Shown here: piece by piece, positions 10,103-20,538 of the stretch
Layout: each line of letters opens with the position of its first letter
How positions within the stretch are numbered: the stretch's first letter is position 1
Source of the DNA: an uncultured bacterium
GTDB lineage: Bacteria > JAJVIF01 > JAPKYR01
Assembly: GCA_965369865.1 (NCBI GenBank)
Contig: CBDURU010000002.1
Span: forward strand, 1 to 64,000
Direction of reading: 5' to 3'
DNA: 64,000 nt
Notes under the pieces: generated by a model
Database searches by the model: none
What the model was told of the DNA's origin: nothing
What the model saw: only the letters and a program-made list of their open reading frames with translations
Program-made: the position numbers and the translations under genes

Positions 10103-11776
10103 ATGCGTAAAGCCGCACAAATATCACAGAACACAATAGAAATAATTATCATAATCGGGATTGTGATTGTCCTAAACATACTCGGGCAGTATTTCTATGC
10201 ACGGTATGACCTGACCGAAGACAAGATTTTTACCCTCGCCCAGTCATCGAAAGATGTTGTATCCGAACTTCCGGACCTGGTTCACCTGAGAGTGTATGTC
10301 AACGATGACCTCCCGCCAACGCTCCAACCCGCCGATCAGCGGTTAAGGGACCTTCTTGAGGATTACAGGGCCTCGGCATCGACAAGGCTGGTCATCCAAT
10401 ACATTAATCCGGGCGACCTTGACGAAGGGAAGATCGGGTCACTCTCGATGAAAGGCATCCAATCGACCCAGGTACAAATCACACAAGAGGATGAATTAAG
10501 TATCCAGGAAGTGTGGATGGGCCTTGAGATTTCCTACCTCGACGCCTACGAGGTCATCCCGTTTGTCCCGACTGTCCGTAATCTTGAATACGAAATAACC
10601 TCCTCGATTTTAAAATTAATCAGTGAGGATACACCGACAATAGGCTTCCTTACCGGTCATGGTGAGATGGCGACAGAGGGTTCGCAGTATGCGCAGGCAG
10701 CTTACGGCGCATTGGCCGAAATTCTTAAGGAACTTTATATCGTCACCGATGTCGACCTCGGCAACGGACAGCATGTAGCCGATAATATAGACACACTTGT
10801 AATCGCCCAGCCATTGGAGCTTTTTACGGACCGGCACAGGTATGTAATCGACCAGTTCGTCATGCGGGGCGGTAAACTTGTGGTGCTGGGCAGCGGTTAC
10901 GAGGTAGACCAGATGACCGGTGATGAACTCACATTCAAAGCATTCCCGCTCGACGGTCTGCTTGCTGATTACGGAATAAGGATTAATAACGATGTTGTAG
11001 TGGACCTGCAATTCAATCATAAAATTCCGATGCAAAGGGGACCTTTCCAGATTTTAATAGATTACCCTTTAATTCCCATCATTTCACCACCGGAAGGATT
11101 CCCGTCCGACAGTCCCGTAACTCGCGGCCTCAACCAGCTTTTCCTGCCGTACGTAAGTTCGTTAACGCTGCTCTACGACAAGATTCCCGACGATATGGAA
11201 ATTTTCGAGCTGGCGAAATCCAGCGAGGGATCATATTCAAAAACAGTTCCGGTTGTAGTCGATCCAAACCAGGAGTTCATGCCGCCCGGAGGCCTGGATG
11301 ACCTGAAACATCAACTGGTCGCGGTTCAGTTGAGCGGGACATTTACATCCGCTTTTGAAGGCGAAGCAGTTCCGGCATTCGATCCCGATCCGGAAGCCGA
11401 AGAAGGCGCAATTCCTGAAATGGACGACCAGGAAATGCTGGTCGCCAGTGTTCCTACTTCAATCACGGTAATTGGAAACGCCACATTTGTCACCGATGAC
11501 GCGATCCAGGCTCCCGGTAACGCGGTATTCTTCCAAAATCTGATGGAAACGTTAAATATTGGCGATAAATTAATCGATATCAGGACCCGGACTGTCAAGA
11601 ACCGGCCACTCGACCCGGACCTTACACCCGCTGACAAGAATGGTCTCAGGTTCTGGGGTTATTTCTTTGTACCGATCCTGATTACAATTCTTGGAACCGC
11701 ACGGTTCTATCTCAAGGGCCAGCGGAAAAAACTCCTGCAGGCTATTCAAACGGCCGAAAAGGAATCCGGTAAGTAA
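10103..11776 (+). CDS. GldG-family ABC auxiliary component
   Basis: RYDLTEDKIFTL, LEYEITSSI, IGFLTGHGE, DQFVMRGG; N- and C-terminal TM helices. Confidence 0.9.
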   Translation: MRKAAQISQNTIEIIIIIGIVIVLNILGQYFYARYDLTEDKIFTLAQSSKDVVSELPDLVHLRVYVNDDLPPTLQPADQRLRDLLEDYRASASTRLVIQYINPGDLDEGKIGSLSMKGIQSTQVQITQEDELSIQEVWMGLEISYLDAYEVIPFVPTVRNLEYEITSSILKLISEDTPTIGFLTGHGEMATEGSQYAQAAYGALAEILKELYIVTDVDLGNGQHVADNIDTLVIAQPLELFTDRHRYVIDQFVMRGGKLVVLGSGYEVDQMTGDELTFKAFPLDGLLADYGIRINNDVVVDLQFNHKIPMQRGPFQILIDYPLIPIISPPEGFPSDSPVTRGLNQLFLPYVSSLTLLYDKIPDDMEIFELAKSSEGSYSKTVPVVVDPNQEFMPPGGLDDLKHQLVAVQLSGTFTSAFEGEAVPAFDPDPEAEEGAIPEMDDQEMLVASVPTSITVIGNATFVTDDAIQAPGNAVFFQNLMETLNIGDKLIDIRTRTVKNRPLDPDLTPADKNGLRFWGYFFVPILITILGTARFYLKGQRKKLLQAIQTAEKESGK

Positions 11777-11821
11777 TCTATGCTGTAATAATATGGAGTT
11801 TCCCGCGGGATGTGATTCGAG

Positions 11822-13027
11822 ATGAACTTTACAAAATTAACAATAATGGTAGTAATCCTGGGAGTTCTGCTGATCCTGGTCTGGAATCTCCAGAAAAAGG
11901 ATATAGACGAGCGCAGGCAGCAGAGAGCGATAACGACAGCCCTGCAATTTCCGGACCTCAATACCGATGAAGTCTTCAGGCTGGAGGTAAGCAGCCTTCA
12001 GAACGAGAGCCTTCTATTCAGGAAGGAAGCCGGGGAATGGGAAATTGCGCGAGGTAAAAATATAATGAGCGATTTGATGGCGCAAAGCACTGAAGAAGGC
12101 GAGGAACCGGTTGTAAATCCAGCTAACGACGTTGGCCCGGCGGGTGACCGGTTCAGGACTTTCTACCGTGCCAATCCCGATAAAGTCATGGATATGATAT
12201 CCGCGATCGCGGAAATGCCTACCGGCAACCTGGTGACATCGGATACTGAGAAACAAAGCACCTTTGGAGTACTGAACGCAATAGTAGGTACGGAAGTTGT
12301 GCTCTATGACGAACAGATGAATGAAATCGCTAACCTTATTGTCGGTAATATGGGGTCGACCTTCCAGACTACTTACGTCAGAAAACCCGAATCCGACGAT
12401 ATTTACGAGGTGCCGATCGGCCTGTCAATGACCTTTAATACACCGATTATCAACCTTCGCGACAGAAATATTTTTTCGTCAGCACCTGAGACAATAACTT
12501 CGGTTTCGATAAATGATATCGAGGGTGAGGGCGTATTGACAATGAATCTCGAACGTGCCGATGGAACGTGGGTTGGTACTGACTTTACCGGTACCGAGCT
12601 TCCAATCGAAATTGAAAAAATCGACATTCTCCTGGAAGCACTCGGTAATCTCAGCGCGAATTCGTTCGTAGACATGGAACGGCCACCGGTCGCATATGAT
12701 GAACCTGAGACCGACGACCCGTACGGGGTTCTGAATCCCGGCAGGATTATTGAATTCACAACCACCGACTACAGAACCCACACTCTGATAATTGGAGATG
12801 AGGATGGATCGACATTTTATGCAACCGTCGGTGATTATCCCGATGACATATTCAGGATATCATTGAGTGTGTTGAATAAAATATCCCCATTACCGGAAAG
12901 CCTGGATCCGGAATATGTTGAGCCGGAATCGACCGCACCGACTTCTATTGATCTTACCGGAGATAATCCAGCACTGAGCCAGGATATGGAAATCCCTCCG
13001 GAGGTCCTGGAAGAACTGGGATTGTAG
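11822..13027 (+). CDS. DUF4340 domain protein
   Basis: N-terminal TM helix, TYVRK...YEV and LRDRNIF motifs, two repeated modules; usual fourth gene of GldAFG-like clusters. Confidence 0.75.
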   Translation: MNFTKLTIMVVILGVLLILVWNLQKKDIDERRQQRAITTALQFPDLNTDEVFRLEVSSLQNESLLFRKEAGEWEIARGKNIMSDLMAQSTEEGEEPVVNPANDVGPAGDRFRTFYRANPDKVMDMISAIAEMPTGNLVTSDTEKQSTFGVLNAIVGTEVVLYDEQMNEIANLIVGNMGSTFQTTYVRKPESDDIYEVPIGLSMTFNTPIINLRDRNIFSSAPETITSVSINDIEGEGVLTMNLERADGTWVGTDFTGTELPIEIEKIDILLEALGNLSANSFVDMERPPVAYDEPETDDPYGVLNPGRIIEFTTTDYRTHTLIIGDEDGSTFYATVGDYPDDIFRISLSVLNKISPLPESLDPEYVEPESTAPTSIDLTGDNPALSQDMEIPPEVLEELGL

Positions 13028-13070
13028 TAATTATTGAGAACGGGTAAGGCATCAAATCTTTTGGACTTAC

Positions 13071-13098
13071 AACCAGGGAAAATCACCCTGGTTTTTTT
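13071..13098 (+). terminator. Intrinsic terminator
   Basis: AACCAGGG-aaaatca-CCCTGGTT followed by a T-run. Confidence 0.8.
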
Positions 13099-13179
13099 GT
13101 ATTATATTATAAAATAGACATTATCAGGCAATTTATACCATTTAGACCAATTCCGTTGAATAATTATTGATTCGAGATC

Positions 13180-13219
13180 GGGGACATCTCTTTTCGCCCG
13201 TCGAAAAGCAGGTGTCCCC
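13180..13219. repeat. Isolated GGGGAC-family REP-like hairpin
   Basis: Exact reverse complement of 203-242 (40 bp). Confidence 0.9.
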
Positions 13220-13332
13220 CTTAATTCTAAATATATCCAATCAATTTTTATTTAACCGGATTGGTCTTAATAATTAGATTCCACGGAAATTTATTAATAA
13301 TTTGTCAATAATAGTAAAGTGTTGGGCAATAT

Positions 13333-14499
13333 TTAAAGTCGTGCAATCTCACCAGCGGTTATTAATCCCAGGTGGTGCATTCGTTCTTCGAGCAGCTCCG
13401 TTGCATAGATACTACTATTCTCCGTCAGTTGTATCATCGTTTTCTGCGCGATCGAACGTGACGGGTCGATATTCCCACTACCCTTTAATTTATTCCGGCT
13501 CGTGGATTTGAAAACCTCGGCTCCAAGTTTACTCATCACTTCGTTAACCGGAATGCCCTCCCCGACCGCACCGCGTATGAATATCGCGTTTTCAAGCCTC
13601 AGAGCATGCGGGAACCTGTCGAGCCAGGGATCTCCTGAACGCTGATCGTCGGTAGCGTCATCGATCAACTCACGGTATTTAAGCGCACGGGCCTGACCGA
13701 TGATATAGGACAGGTTCTCACGACCCGGTTCGCGTGAGTGGATCACGAAAAAGATATTATCTCCCGATCTGACACCCGTCGGACGGCGGCCATCCGGGAA
13801 CCGGATCAATTTATAAGCGTTTCTCTGTAAAGCCCAGATTCTTACCGGCATAAACGGGTTGACCCGGTCATCGGATGTTCCGTGGAATGTCCACCATGAC
13901 GCCTGCCCGCGCCTGGCCTTTCTTTTCTTCGGACCCCGGCGTTTATCAAATAATGTCAGGGCGGCCAGTTCGATACCGCCCGTTTCCCCGCCGGATTCGC
14001 GATCGTCATCTGACACCGGTTCAATTTCGTCCAGCCAACGGCGAATTAATCGAAGGCGCCGCAGGCTGAAATACGAACCGGCACGCCGCCAGATTTTATC
14101 GGCAAGCGAGAAAATATCCCTGGAGTCCGCCCCCTTGATAATCATCGGGCACTGCCATTTCCCGGATCCCCGTCCCCAGTCAGCAGGCAGAAATACTGAT
14201 CCCGATGGCGGCGCGGTAAGCAAAGAAGGCAGAACCTCATGTTCAGTGACACGGATTTTCACACCGACTTTGGTTAGCCGGATCAGGCTATCCACCTGCC
14301 TTATTGTAGAGGATGGTCCCGGTCCGTAGAGAGAAGTGACGAGCCTGAATTTTCGGGACCGCTGTCCAGTCTGAACGATGAGCTGGTCGAGAACCTGGAT
14401 TTCGGGAAGAGATGGAATCACAAGCGTAACCGGGTCCGAACCGGTTTTCACGACGCGGGAAAACAAATCACCGGTTGTACCATGGTGAAGTTCAACCAT
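13333..14499 (-). CDS. Hypothetical protein resembling NgoFVII/phospholipase-D-family proteins, with no HKD motif
   Basis: C-terminal RRPTGVRSGD, DDATDDQR..PW...FPHALR and FKSTSRN..GSGNIDP recall the C-terminal domain of PLD-fused restriction-like proteins; no HxKxxxxD in the N-terminal half. Confidence 0.5.
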   Translation of the reverse strand: MVELHHGTTGDLFSRVVKTGSDPVTLVIPSLPEIQVLDQLIVQTGQRSRKFRLVTSLYGPGPSSTIRQVDSLIRLTKVGVKIRVTEHEVLPSLLTAPPSGSVFLPADWGRGSGKWQCPMIIKGADSRDIFSLADKIWRRAGSYFSLRRLRLIRRWLDEIEPVSDDDRESGGETGGIELAALTLFDKRRGPKKRKARRGQASWWTFHGTSDDRVNPFMPVRIWALQRNAYKLIRFPDGRRPTGVRSGDNIFFVIHSREPGRENLSYIIGQARALKYRELIDDATDDQRSGDPWLDRFPHALRLENAIFIRGAVGEGIPVNEVMSKLGAEVFKSTSRNKLKGSGNIDPSRSIAQKTMIQLTENSSIYATELLEERMHHLGLITAGEIARL

Positions 14500-14592
14500 A
14501 ACTGTTACTGGCCATCAGAAGAAGATAGAGAAATACTAACATAGAGAGATTGTAAACGGAAGAAAATGGCGGGTGTGGTTAATACAGGTTTT

Positions 14593-14720
14593 AGACGCTT
14601 TGAATTCATGGGGACGCTTTTCCATGCTTCCAGCGTTGAAAGTGTCCCCATGAATTCTTAGTTACACGGGACACCTTCAACGCTGGAAGCATGGAAAGGC
14701 GTCCCTGAATCTAAGATTGG
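14593..14720. repeat. About 128-bp BIME-like element (two inverted GGGGAC hairpins), copy 1
   Basis: 14-bp stem GAATTCATGGGGAC/GTCCCCATGAATTC; the second unit (14668-14705) is an inverted copy of the first; near-identical to 51888-52015. Confidence 0.9.
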
Positions 14721-14753
14721 TATAAGTATGTTGAAAGAGAGACTAAAATTTAA

Positions 14754-14778
14754 AGTTCCCCTCGTTTGGAGGGGAACT
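14754..14778 (-). terminator. Intrinsic terminator
   Basis: AGTTCCCCTC-caaac-GAGGGGAACT 10-bp stem, then TTAAATTTT on the minus strand. Confidence 0.65.
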
Positions 14779-14816
14779 GTTGTGTGAATGTTTTGTTGCT
14801 TACTCCCCAGAATGTA

Positions 14817-15065
14817 TCAATTGGGGGGTGGGAGGATGTGTTGTCTTCCGCAGTCAGAACAAACCTGAATTTTCTTACCTGCGAAATCAAGTATCTTGAG
14901 GTTGAATGACTGGCAAAAAGGACAGCCGACCAACGACATCATGTCTTCGAGGTACTCAAGGAGGTCCTCCATGCGTTCCTCTTTAGACACGTCCACCTTC
15001 CCATCCCTCACAACATCGCCATCAGGGGAGAGCAAGCTTTGGTAGAACCTTAAGTCGTTAAGCAT
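14817..15065 (-). CDS. Small zinc-ribbon protein
   Basis: CPFC-x16-CSDC; GAGGGTGA RBS; terminator downstream. Confidence 0.65.
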   Translation of the reverse strand: MLNDLRFYQSLLSPDGDVVRDGKVDVSKEERMEDLLEYLEDMMSLVGCPFCQSFNLKILDFAGKKIQVCSDCGRQHILPPPN

Positions 15066-15290
15066 GGCTCACCCTCGGTCTCATGTGAGATGGGGTACTT
15101 GTGTGTGGAATACTTTATGTTAATTTTTAATGTTCAGACTGAGCCGCATACATAGGACTCACTTTTAGTATAATCCTTTGTTTGTTTAATGGCAATAGGT
15201 AATTATGGTTAAATGCCTTGAATTTTAGAGAAATATGCCATAAATACAAAATCAGTTTTTATTCTATACAACCTTATTTTATTTTGACTG

Positions 15291-16394
15291 TCAACCAGTC
15301 AAGTTTGCCGCATTGATAGATTCACGAATTCTGTCCTCGATCAGAGGCAGCGTCGTTTCATGGAAAGTTCTGCACAGGCTTGTTACCGTACCCTCAGCAT
15401 CGAAAACAACGATATAAGGGAACCTGTCGATATTCAAATTCGCATGGAGCAAGCTGCCTTCATCCAGGAGTAACGCAAACTGGTTGTAACCTGCATCACC
15501 CATCCAATCCACTTCATCCCTCGTAGCATCCGTAACCCCAAAAATATATAGCTCCTCATACCCGAATGACTCGTACAAACCTGAAAGAAAATCCATCTCC
15601 GCTTCCATATCCTCCGGTGGATACAAGGAATATGCGTATGTCTGCACCGAGAAGAAGAACAGAACCGTTGGTTTATCCAAAGCCACCGCATCCTTGAGAC
15701 GCCATGTAGCTTCGCCCGCGGTTGTACCCTCAAGTGGATGCAATTCATTCTCATCGGCGAAATTTTTTCCGATCAGCAGTGGCCAGACATTAACCAGACC
15801 CAGGGTTGCACTTGACCCGGTGTATTGAGGCACAAATCCCTGGAACTGCTCGGGCAGGCCTTCATCACCGGGTAAGAGGCTCTGGAATTCGATCGGAAGA
15901 TTGATGTCCGGGGGAATATATTCCCACTGGATAAGGTACCAGCCCTCATCGGTAATTTTAAAAACGAGCTGATGGTGCATCCGGTACCAGTTATCCTCAC
16001 CATTTCCCCTGACCTTCAGTTCAAGCCAGGTATCGGCCATGTAGGTATCCGCGCCGGTGAAATAACCATAATTGAAATGATGGTTTGTTTCGAGCAGGGT
16101 ATTACTGCCGCCACTGGTGAAGAGAGTCATGAATTCATTTTCAGCTTCTTCATTAGTAAGGAGTATGCCGTTGGTGACAATTCCAAACGTTGGGCTGAGC
16201 CAGGTATTAAACCGATCAATATTCCGGGACGAGAAGTCATTATTAAACAGGTCAAAATATCCTGGCGGAATCGTCGCCTGGGTAAAGGGATCGACCTGAC
16301 CTTCCAGAGGTGTACCGCCATAAAGTCCCTGCATCAGAAGAAAACCGAGGGTTAAATGAATAAATTTGTTAAATAACAAGCTTCCAGCAAACAC
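15291..16394 (-). CDS. Secreted protein with a C-terminal thioredoxin/redoxin-like fold lacking CxxC
   Basis: KPTVLFFFS, IFGVT, FALLLD, FPYIVVFDAEG pattern; start codon uncertain. Confidence 0.6.
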   Translation of the reverse strand: MFAGSLLFNKFIHLTLGFLLMQGLYGGTPLEGQVDPFTQATIPPGYFDLFNNDFSSRNIDRFNTWLSPTFGIVTNGILLTNEEAENEFMTLFTSGGSNTLLETNHHFNYGYFTGADTYMADTWLELKVRGNGEDNWYRMHHQLVFKITDEGWYLIQWEYIPPDINLPIEFQSLLPGDEGLPEQFQGFVPQYTGSSATLGLVNVWPLLIGKNFADENELHPLEGTTAGEATWRLKDAVALDKPTVLFFFSVQTYAYSLYPPEDMEAEMDFLSGLYESFGYEELYIFGVTDATRDEVDWMGDAGYNQFALLLDEGSLLHANLNIDRFPYIVVFDAEGTVTSLCRTFHETTLPLIEDRIRESINAANLTG

Positions 16395-16483
16395 CTGTCC
16401 ATCACCTCAATGAAAACGCGCACCCCATCTGATGCGCGTATCTTCTCACATTGAAAATTCTACCACAACCCGGACTATATTTT

Positions 16484-17152
16484 CTAGAATATGAAGCTTC
16501 CGCCGATATGGAGGTCGCCATCCACAAATCCGGCCTGACCGGTGAATTGCGGGCCGATGTAATATCGAAGGCCATATGTAAACCCACCAAACAAAGTCCG
16601 GTCACCGGAGTTGAACTCAGCAATTGCTATCATGTTTTCGGAAAACTCGAGATCGATCCCACCGAAAACTTCAAAATCATCGTTGGCGCTTCCGGTAGCG
16701 TAGCTGATTCCGCCGTGAAGGCTGGCGTTCTGTGTCGCTCTCTGGCCGAGTTCAAAGAACTTGCTGGCAACGATATACCACATGGTTGAGTTCTCCGACG
16801 AGACATCGGAAACAGTAACACCCCCGGCAGCACCGGGAAAAGTTTCAGTCTCAGACATAAACAGCCATTTACCGAAGAAACTGAAACCACTGTCTCCCTT
16901 ATCCGGGCGAATAGTACCGACCCCCACCTCTAACTGTTCGGAAATCGAACCGGTCACGTTCAAGGTCCAGACAGAATTGTCACCATTATCCAGGAAGTTA
17001 AGAGCGATCCACGCGTGCTCCAAAGGTGTAATATCAGCAGTTGGATTTACTATAAGACCTGTGGGTCCGAAAATTGTTGGCTCCGCAGCGGCTGGGACAA
17101 CCAGGATAAAAAATACCGCGAATGCACATACAACAAGAAAGACTCTTCGCAT
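16484..17152 (-). CDS. Outer-membrane beta-barrel, YjbH-like
   Basis: Signal peptide ending AAA-E, FGPTGLIVNPTAD N-terminal motif, C-terminal Phe; ATG 17152 downstream of AAGGAG. Confidence 0.7.
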   Translation of the reverse strand: MRRVFLVVCAFAVFFILVVPAAAEPTIFGPTGLIVNPTADITPLEHAWIALNFLDNGDNSVWTLNVTGSISEQLEVGVGTIRPDKGDSGFSFFGKWLFMSETETFPGAAGGVTVSDVSSENSTMWYIVASKFFELGQRATQNASLHGGISYATGSANDDFEVFGGIDLEFSENMIAIAEFNSGDRTLFGGFTYGLRYYIGPQFTGQAGFVDGDLHIGGSFIF

Positions 17153-17308
17153 CGCGTCTCTCCTTAGGTTATTTTTTTTCAAGTATGAAAAATACAAATT
17201 CCCTCGACCACCCCGGTGGCGTTTCGAGGGTTGGTACAAAACATTTATTGAAGTTTACATAAAATATTATTCGGTGTCAAACAACTTAACGAGACATTCC
17301 GCCGGCGG

Positions 17309-17731
17309 TTAAAGCAACACATTAATATCCACCGAAGCTGATGCCTGATTCCCATCCGAATCGGTTACGATCACAGAGAGTGTAACCACTCCTGGTGAGG
17401 CGGGTGTCAGCCAGATTGTAACCTGGCTCGCAGGATCGGGGATTTCCCCGGCCGAGACCACCCATAAGTAATCGAGCTCAGCCGCGCTATCTTTGTTATC
17501 TTCAGCCACACAGGTCAGAAGGACCTGCTCATTGACATGGATTTCCTCACGATCGATTGAAATCTGGCTGATGAAAGGTTGCTCACGTTCCTTGTCACCG
17601 CCGGAACCGAATTCGTCCTCTATCCATTGCCAAAGAAGATATGACGCGATTGCTGTGCAACCGGACATCACCGGTACAGCGATAAACAGAGTGAGAACAA
17701 TAGCTGTAATTGAAAGGAGCTTTTTGGGCAT
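17309..17731 (-). CDS. Lipoprotein with a PKD/Ig-like domain
   Basis: Lipobox MSGC; LTCVAED...LDYLW...W.TP..PG..TLSVIVTDSDG. Confidence 0.7.
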   Translation of the reverse strand: MPKKLLSITAIVLTLFIAVPVMSGCTAIASYLLWQWIEDEFGSGGDKEREQPFISQISIDREEIHVNEQVLLTCVAEDNKDSAAELDYLWVVSAGEIPDPASQVTIWLTPASPGVVTLSVIVTDSDGNQASASVDINVLL

Positions 17732-17959
17732 AGGCAATCCTCCGACTAAGAGTTTACACAGTATAACAAGAAGATACGAACATGTCACGACAGGTTCAAA
17801 GGGAGAAGGGGACCGGGAAACAGGTTGTGGAATTTGTGAATCGAGAGTTTAATTGGTACCCTGACTACGATATGAAAGGTGTGGGAGGATAAATATGGCA
17901 AGTCCAGAGCATGTGGAGATTTTGGCCCAGGATTGGGTGGGACAAGAGAAGATTATTGA

Positions 17960-18054
17960 AGGGCGCAGCAAGCAGCGCCCCTACTTCGAGTTGTATTTGT
18001 AGTTTGAGATATAGCTTGAACATTAAAACGTAGGGGCGCTGCTTGCTGCGCCCT
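17960..18054. repeat. Inverted pair of GTAG-type REP
   Basis: GTAGGGGCGCTGCTTGCTGCGCCCT at 18030-18054 is the exact reverse complement of 17960-17984. Confidence 0.9.
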
Positions 18055-18196
18055 CGTCAGATGATTCAATATCCCAGGGGCACACTTCTCAGAACTTCCC
18101 CTTTCCTATTGCAAATAATCCCAGGAACTTGTATCCTGCTTCCGGTCAAAAATTTGGATGACTTGTTAAAATAATTGGGAGAGGAGAGGGATTAAC

Positions 18197-18934
18197 ATGT
18201 CAGAAACCACAGAAACGCGTCCTGTCAAGGGTGAACTACTTCACGAGGGTAAAGCAAAGAAGGTTTTTAATACGGACCGTGAAGACCTGTTAATCCAGGA
18301 ATTCAAAAACGATGCCACCGCTTTCGACGGAACCAAGAAAGGCACGATAGAGGGCAAGGGGACGGTAAACTGCCAGGTATCGGCCAGGATGTTCAATTTA
18401 CTCTCTGAGAACGGGATTGAAAATCATTATGTCGAGCTTCTGAGCGAGAACGCGATGGCGATTCTTCCCGTTGAGATTATCCCTGTGGAAGTGGTTGTGC
18501 GAAATATCACCGCCGGGTCGCTGGTCAGGCACCGCGGATTCGAGGAGGGGAAAAAACTCGATCCGACAATTATCGAGTGGTATCTGAAGAACGACGAGCT
18601 TCACGATCCACTGCTTAACGATAGTCACATTCTTGCGTATGGTTATCTTGATGAAGACGGTATGGCGTTACTGAGAGAGGAAGCGTTGAAAATAAACGAG
18701 ATCCTGTCAGAATTCTTTGCCGGGATCGGAATCGACCTCGTCGATTTTAAACTCGAATTCGGGCGGCGTCCGGACGGCAGTATTATCCTGGCGGATGAAA
18801 TATCCCCGGACACCTGTCGTCTCTGGGACAGGGAAACAGGCAGGAAACTCGACAAGGACCGTTTCAGGTTCGACCTTGGCGATGTAGAGGACGCGTACCA
18901 GGAAATTCTGAAACGCACGGCAGCGTCAAATTGA
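18197..18934 (+). CDS. purC: Phosphoribosylaminoimidazole-succinocarboxamide synthase
   Basis: EGKAKK, IPVEVVVRN, LVDFKLEFG, LADEISPDTCRLWD, DKDRFR. Confidence 0.97.
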   Translation: MSETTETRPVKGELLHEGKAKKVFNTDREDLLIQEFKNDATAFDGTKKGTIEGKGTVNCQVSARMFNLLSENGIENHYVELLSENAMAILPVEIIPVEVVVRNITAGSLVRHRGFEEGKKLDPTIIEWYLKNDELHDPLLNDSHILAYGYLDEDGMALLREEALKINEILSEFFAGIGIDLVDFKLEFGRRPDGSIILADEISPDTCRLWDRETGRKLDKDRFRFDLGDVEDAYQEILKRTAASN

Positions 18935-18964
18935 TTTTAAGAGTCGGTGAGTCTCTAACGTCTG

Positions 18965-20515
18965 ATGCAATTTAATCCTGATATTGGAAGCAGTAACGAT
19001 AAGCAGGAAGAATCCTGCGGAGTATTCGGCATATATGCCCCGCACGTAGACACCTCCAGGTTGACATATTATGCCCTGTATGCCCTTCAGCATCGCGGAC
19101 AGGAATCCGCGGGGATATGTGTTTCTAACAGCGGGCACATGTCATGCTATTCGCGCATGGGCCTCGTAAACCAGGTTTTCAACGACGAAATCCTCAACAT
19201 TCTGAATGGCCACATCGCGACCGGGCACACAAGGTACTCGACAACCGGATCATCGGTAATTCAGAATGCCCAGCCGATCCTTATCGAAAAAAAGCAGGAA
19301 GTAATGGTGGATGGGAAGATCCGGAAGAAAAACATCTCCCTTGCCCTTTCTCATAATGGCAACCTCGTCAATACCCGCGAACTGAAGATAAAATGTAACG
19401 ACTTGGGCCTTTCTTTGAACACTACATCCGATACGGAAATCATGGCCCGGTTGATCCACCACGAATATACAAAGTCATTAGATATAGAAGAAGCCCTAAT
19501 AAAATGGCTTCCCCAGTTTAAAGGCGCATTCGCGATGGTTATTCAAACCTCGAACGAGCTCATCGGGATCCGTGACGATATAGGCATCCGTCCGCTTGTC
19601 GCTGGTTACCTTGGGGACAAGGAAGATCCGGATGGATGGGTGATAGCGAGTGAAACCTGTGCTTTCGACATCATCGGCGCTCACTTGTCTTATGACCTGA
19701 CACCGGGAACGGCACTGATAATTGATAAAAATGGCCCCAGAAATCTCCAGTGGCGATCAGATACCGCCCCGGAACAGCTTTGCGCGTTTGAATATATTTA
19801 TTTTGCCCGACCCGACAGCCTGTTCCGTGGGAAACTCATCCACTCAATCAGGCAGCGGATGGGGGAAATACTGGCCAGGGAAAGTCCGGTGGATGCCGAT
19901 ATTGTCGTTTCAGTACCGGACTCAGGAACGCCGCATGCGATAGGATTCGCACGGGAAAGCGGAATTCCCTACACTGAGGGCTTGATTAAAAATCGATATG
20001 TCGGGCGGACTTTCATCAGTCCGGTATCAAGGCTGCGCGCTCTCGGGGTCAGGTTGAAACTGAATCCACTCGAGAGTGTTCTCCGTGGCCAGAAGGTGGT
20101 CCTGGTTGACGATTCAATCGTCCGGGGGACAACATCAAAAAAAATTATCCAGTTGCTCCGGAATGCAGGAGCTAAGGAAGTGCATTTCAGGGTAGCGAGT
20201 CCACCGGTACTGAACCCCTGCTTCTACGGAATCGACACGGCGGAACAGGAGGATTTAATCGCAAGTCATTTCCAGAATGACAACAATGATTACTCGAAAC
20301 TGGCTGAAATGCTGGGTACCGACAGCCTCGCGTATTTGAGTATTGAGGGTATGCTTGAGGCGTTCGGGCACACGGACAAGGAATTATGCCTGGCATGCCT
20401 TAACGGGAAATATCCTATTCCGATCTCAACACAGACACAACTGAGTTTGAAAAAATTTAACCTTGAAGAAGAACCGCACGAAAGGCTTGAAGCACTGGAA
20501 GACAGCATTTCGTAG
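18965..20515 (+). CDS. purF: Amidophosphoribosyltransferase (propeptide, 4Fe-4S type)
   Basis: EESCGVFG, LQHRGQESAG, HTRYSTTG, VDDSIVRGTTS, CFYGID, CLAC. Confidence 0.97.
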   Translation: MQFNPDIGSSNDKQEESCGVFGIYAPHVDTSRLTYYALYALQHRGQESAGICVSNSGHMSCYSRMGLVNQVFNDEILNILNGHIATGHTRYSTTGSSVIQNAQPILIEKKQEVMVDGKIRKKNISLALSHNGNLVNTRELKIKCNDLGLSLNTTSDTEIMARLIHHEYTKSLDIEEALIKWLPQFKGAFAMVIQTSNELIGIRDDIGIRPLVAGYLGDKEDPDGWVIASETCAFDIIGAHLSYDLTPGTALIIDKNGPRNLQWRSDTAPEQLCAFEYIYFARPDSLFRGKLIHSIRQRMGEILARESPVDADIVVSVPDSGTPHAIGFARESGIPYTEGLIKNRYVGRTFISPVSRLRALGVRLKLNPLESVLRGQKVVLVDDSIVRGTTSKKIIQLLRNAGAKEVHFRVASPPVLNPCFYGIDTAEQEDLIASHFQNDNNDYSKLAEMLGTDSLAYLSIEGMLEAFGHTDKELCLACLNGKYPIPISTQTQLSLKKFNLEEEPHERLEALEDSIS

Positions 20516-20538
20516 ACCAATCCCATTAATTAAAATAA

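Noticed and set aside
8403..13027. Gliding motility or type IX secretion system
   Set aside because: GldAFG-like ABC clusters are widespread outside Bacteroidota, and no gldK-N or sprA genes are present.
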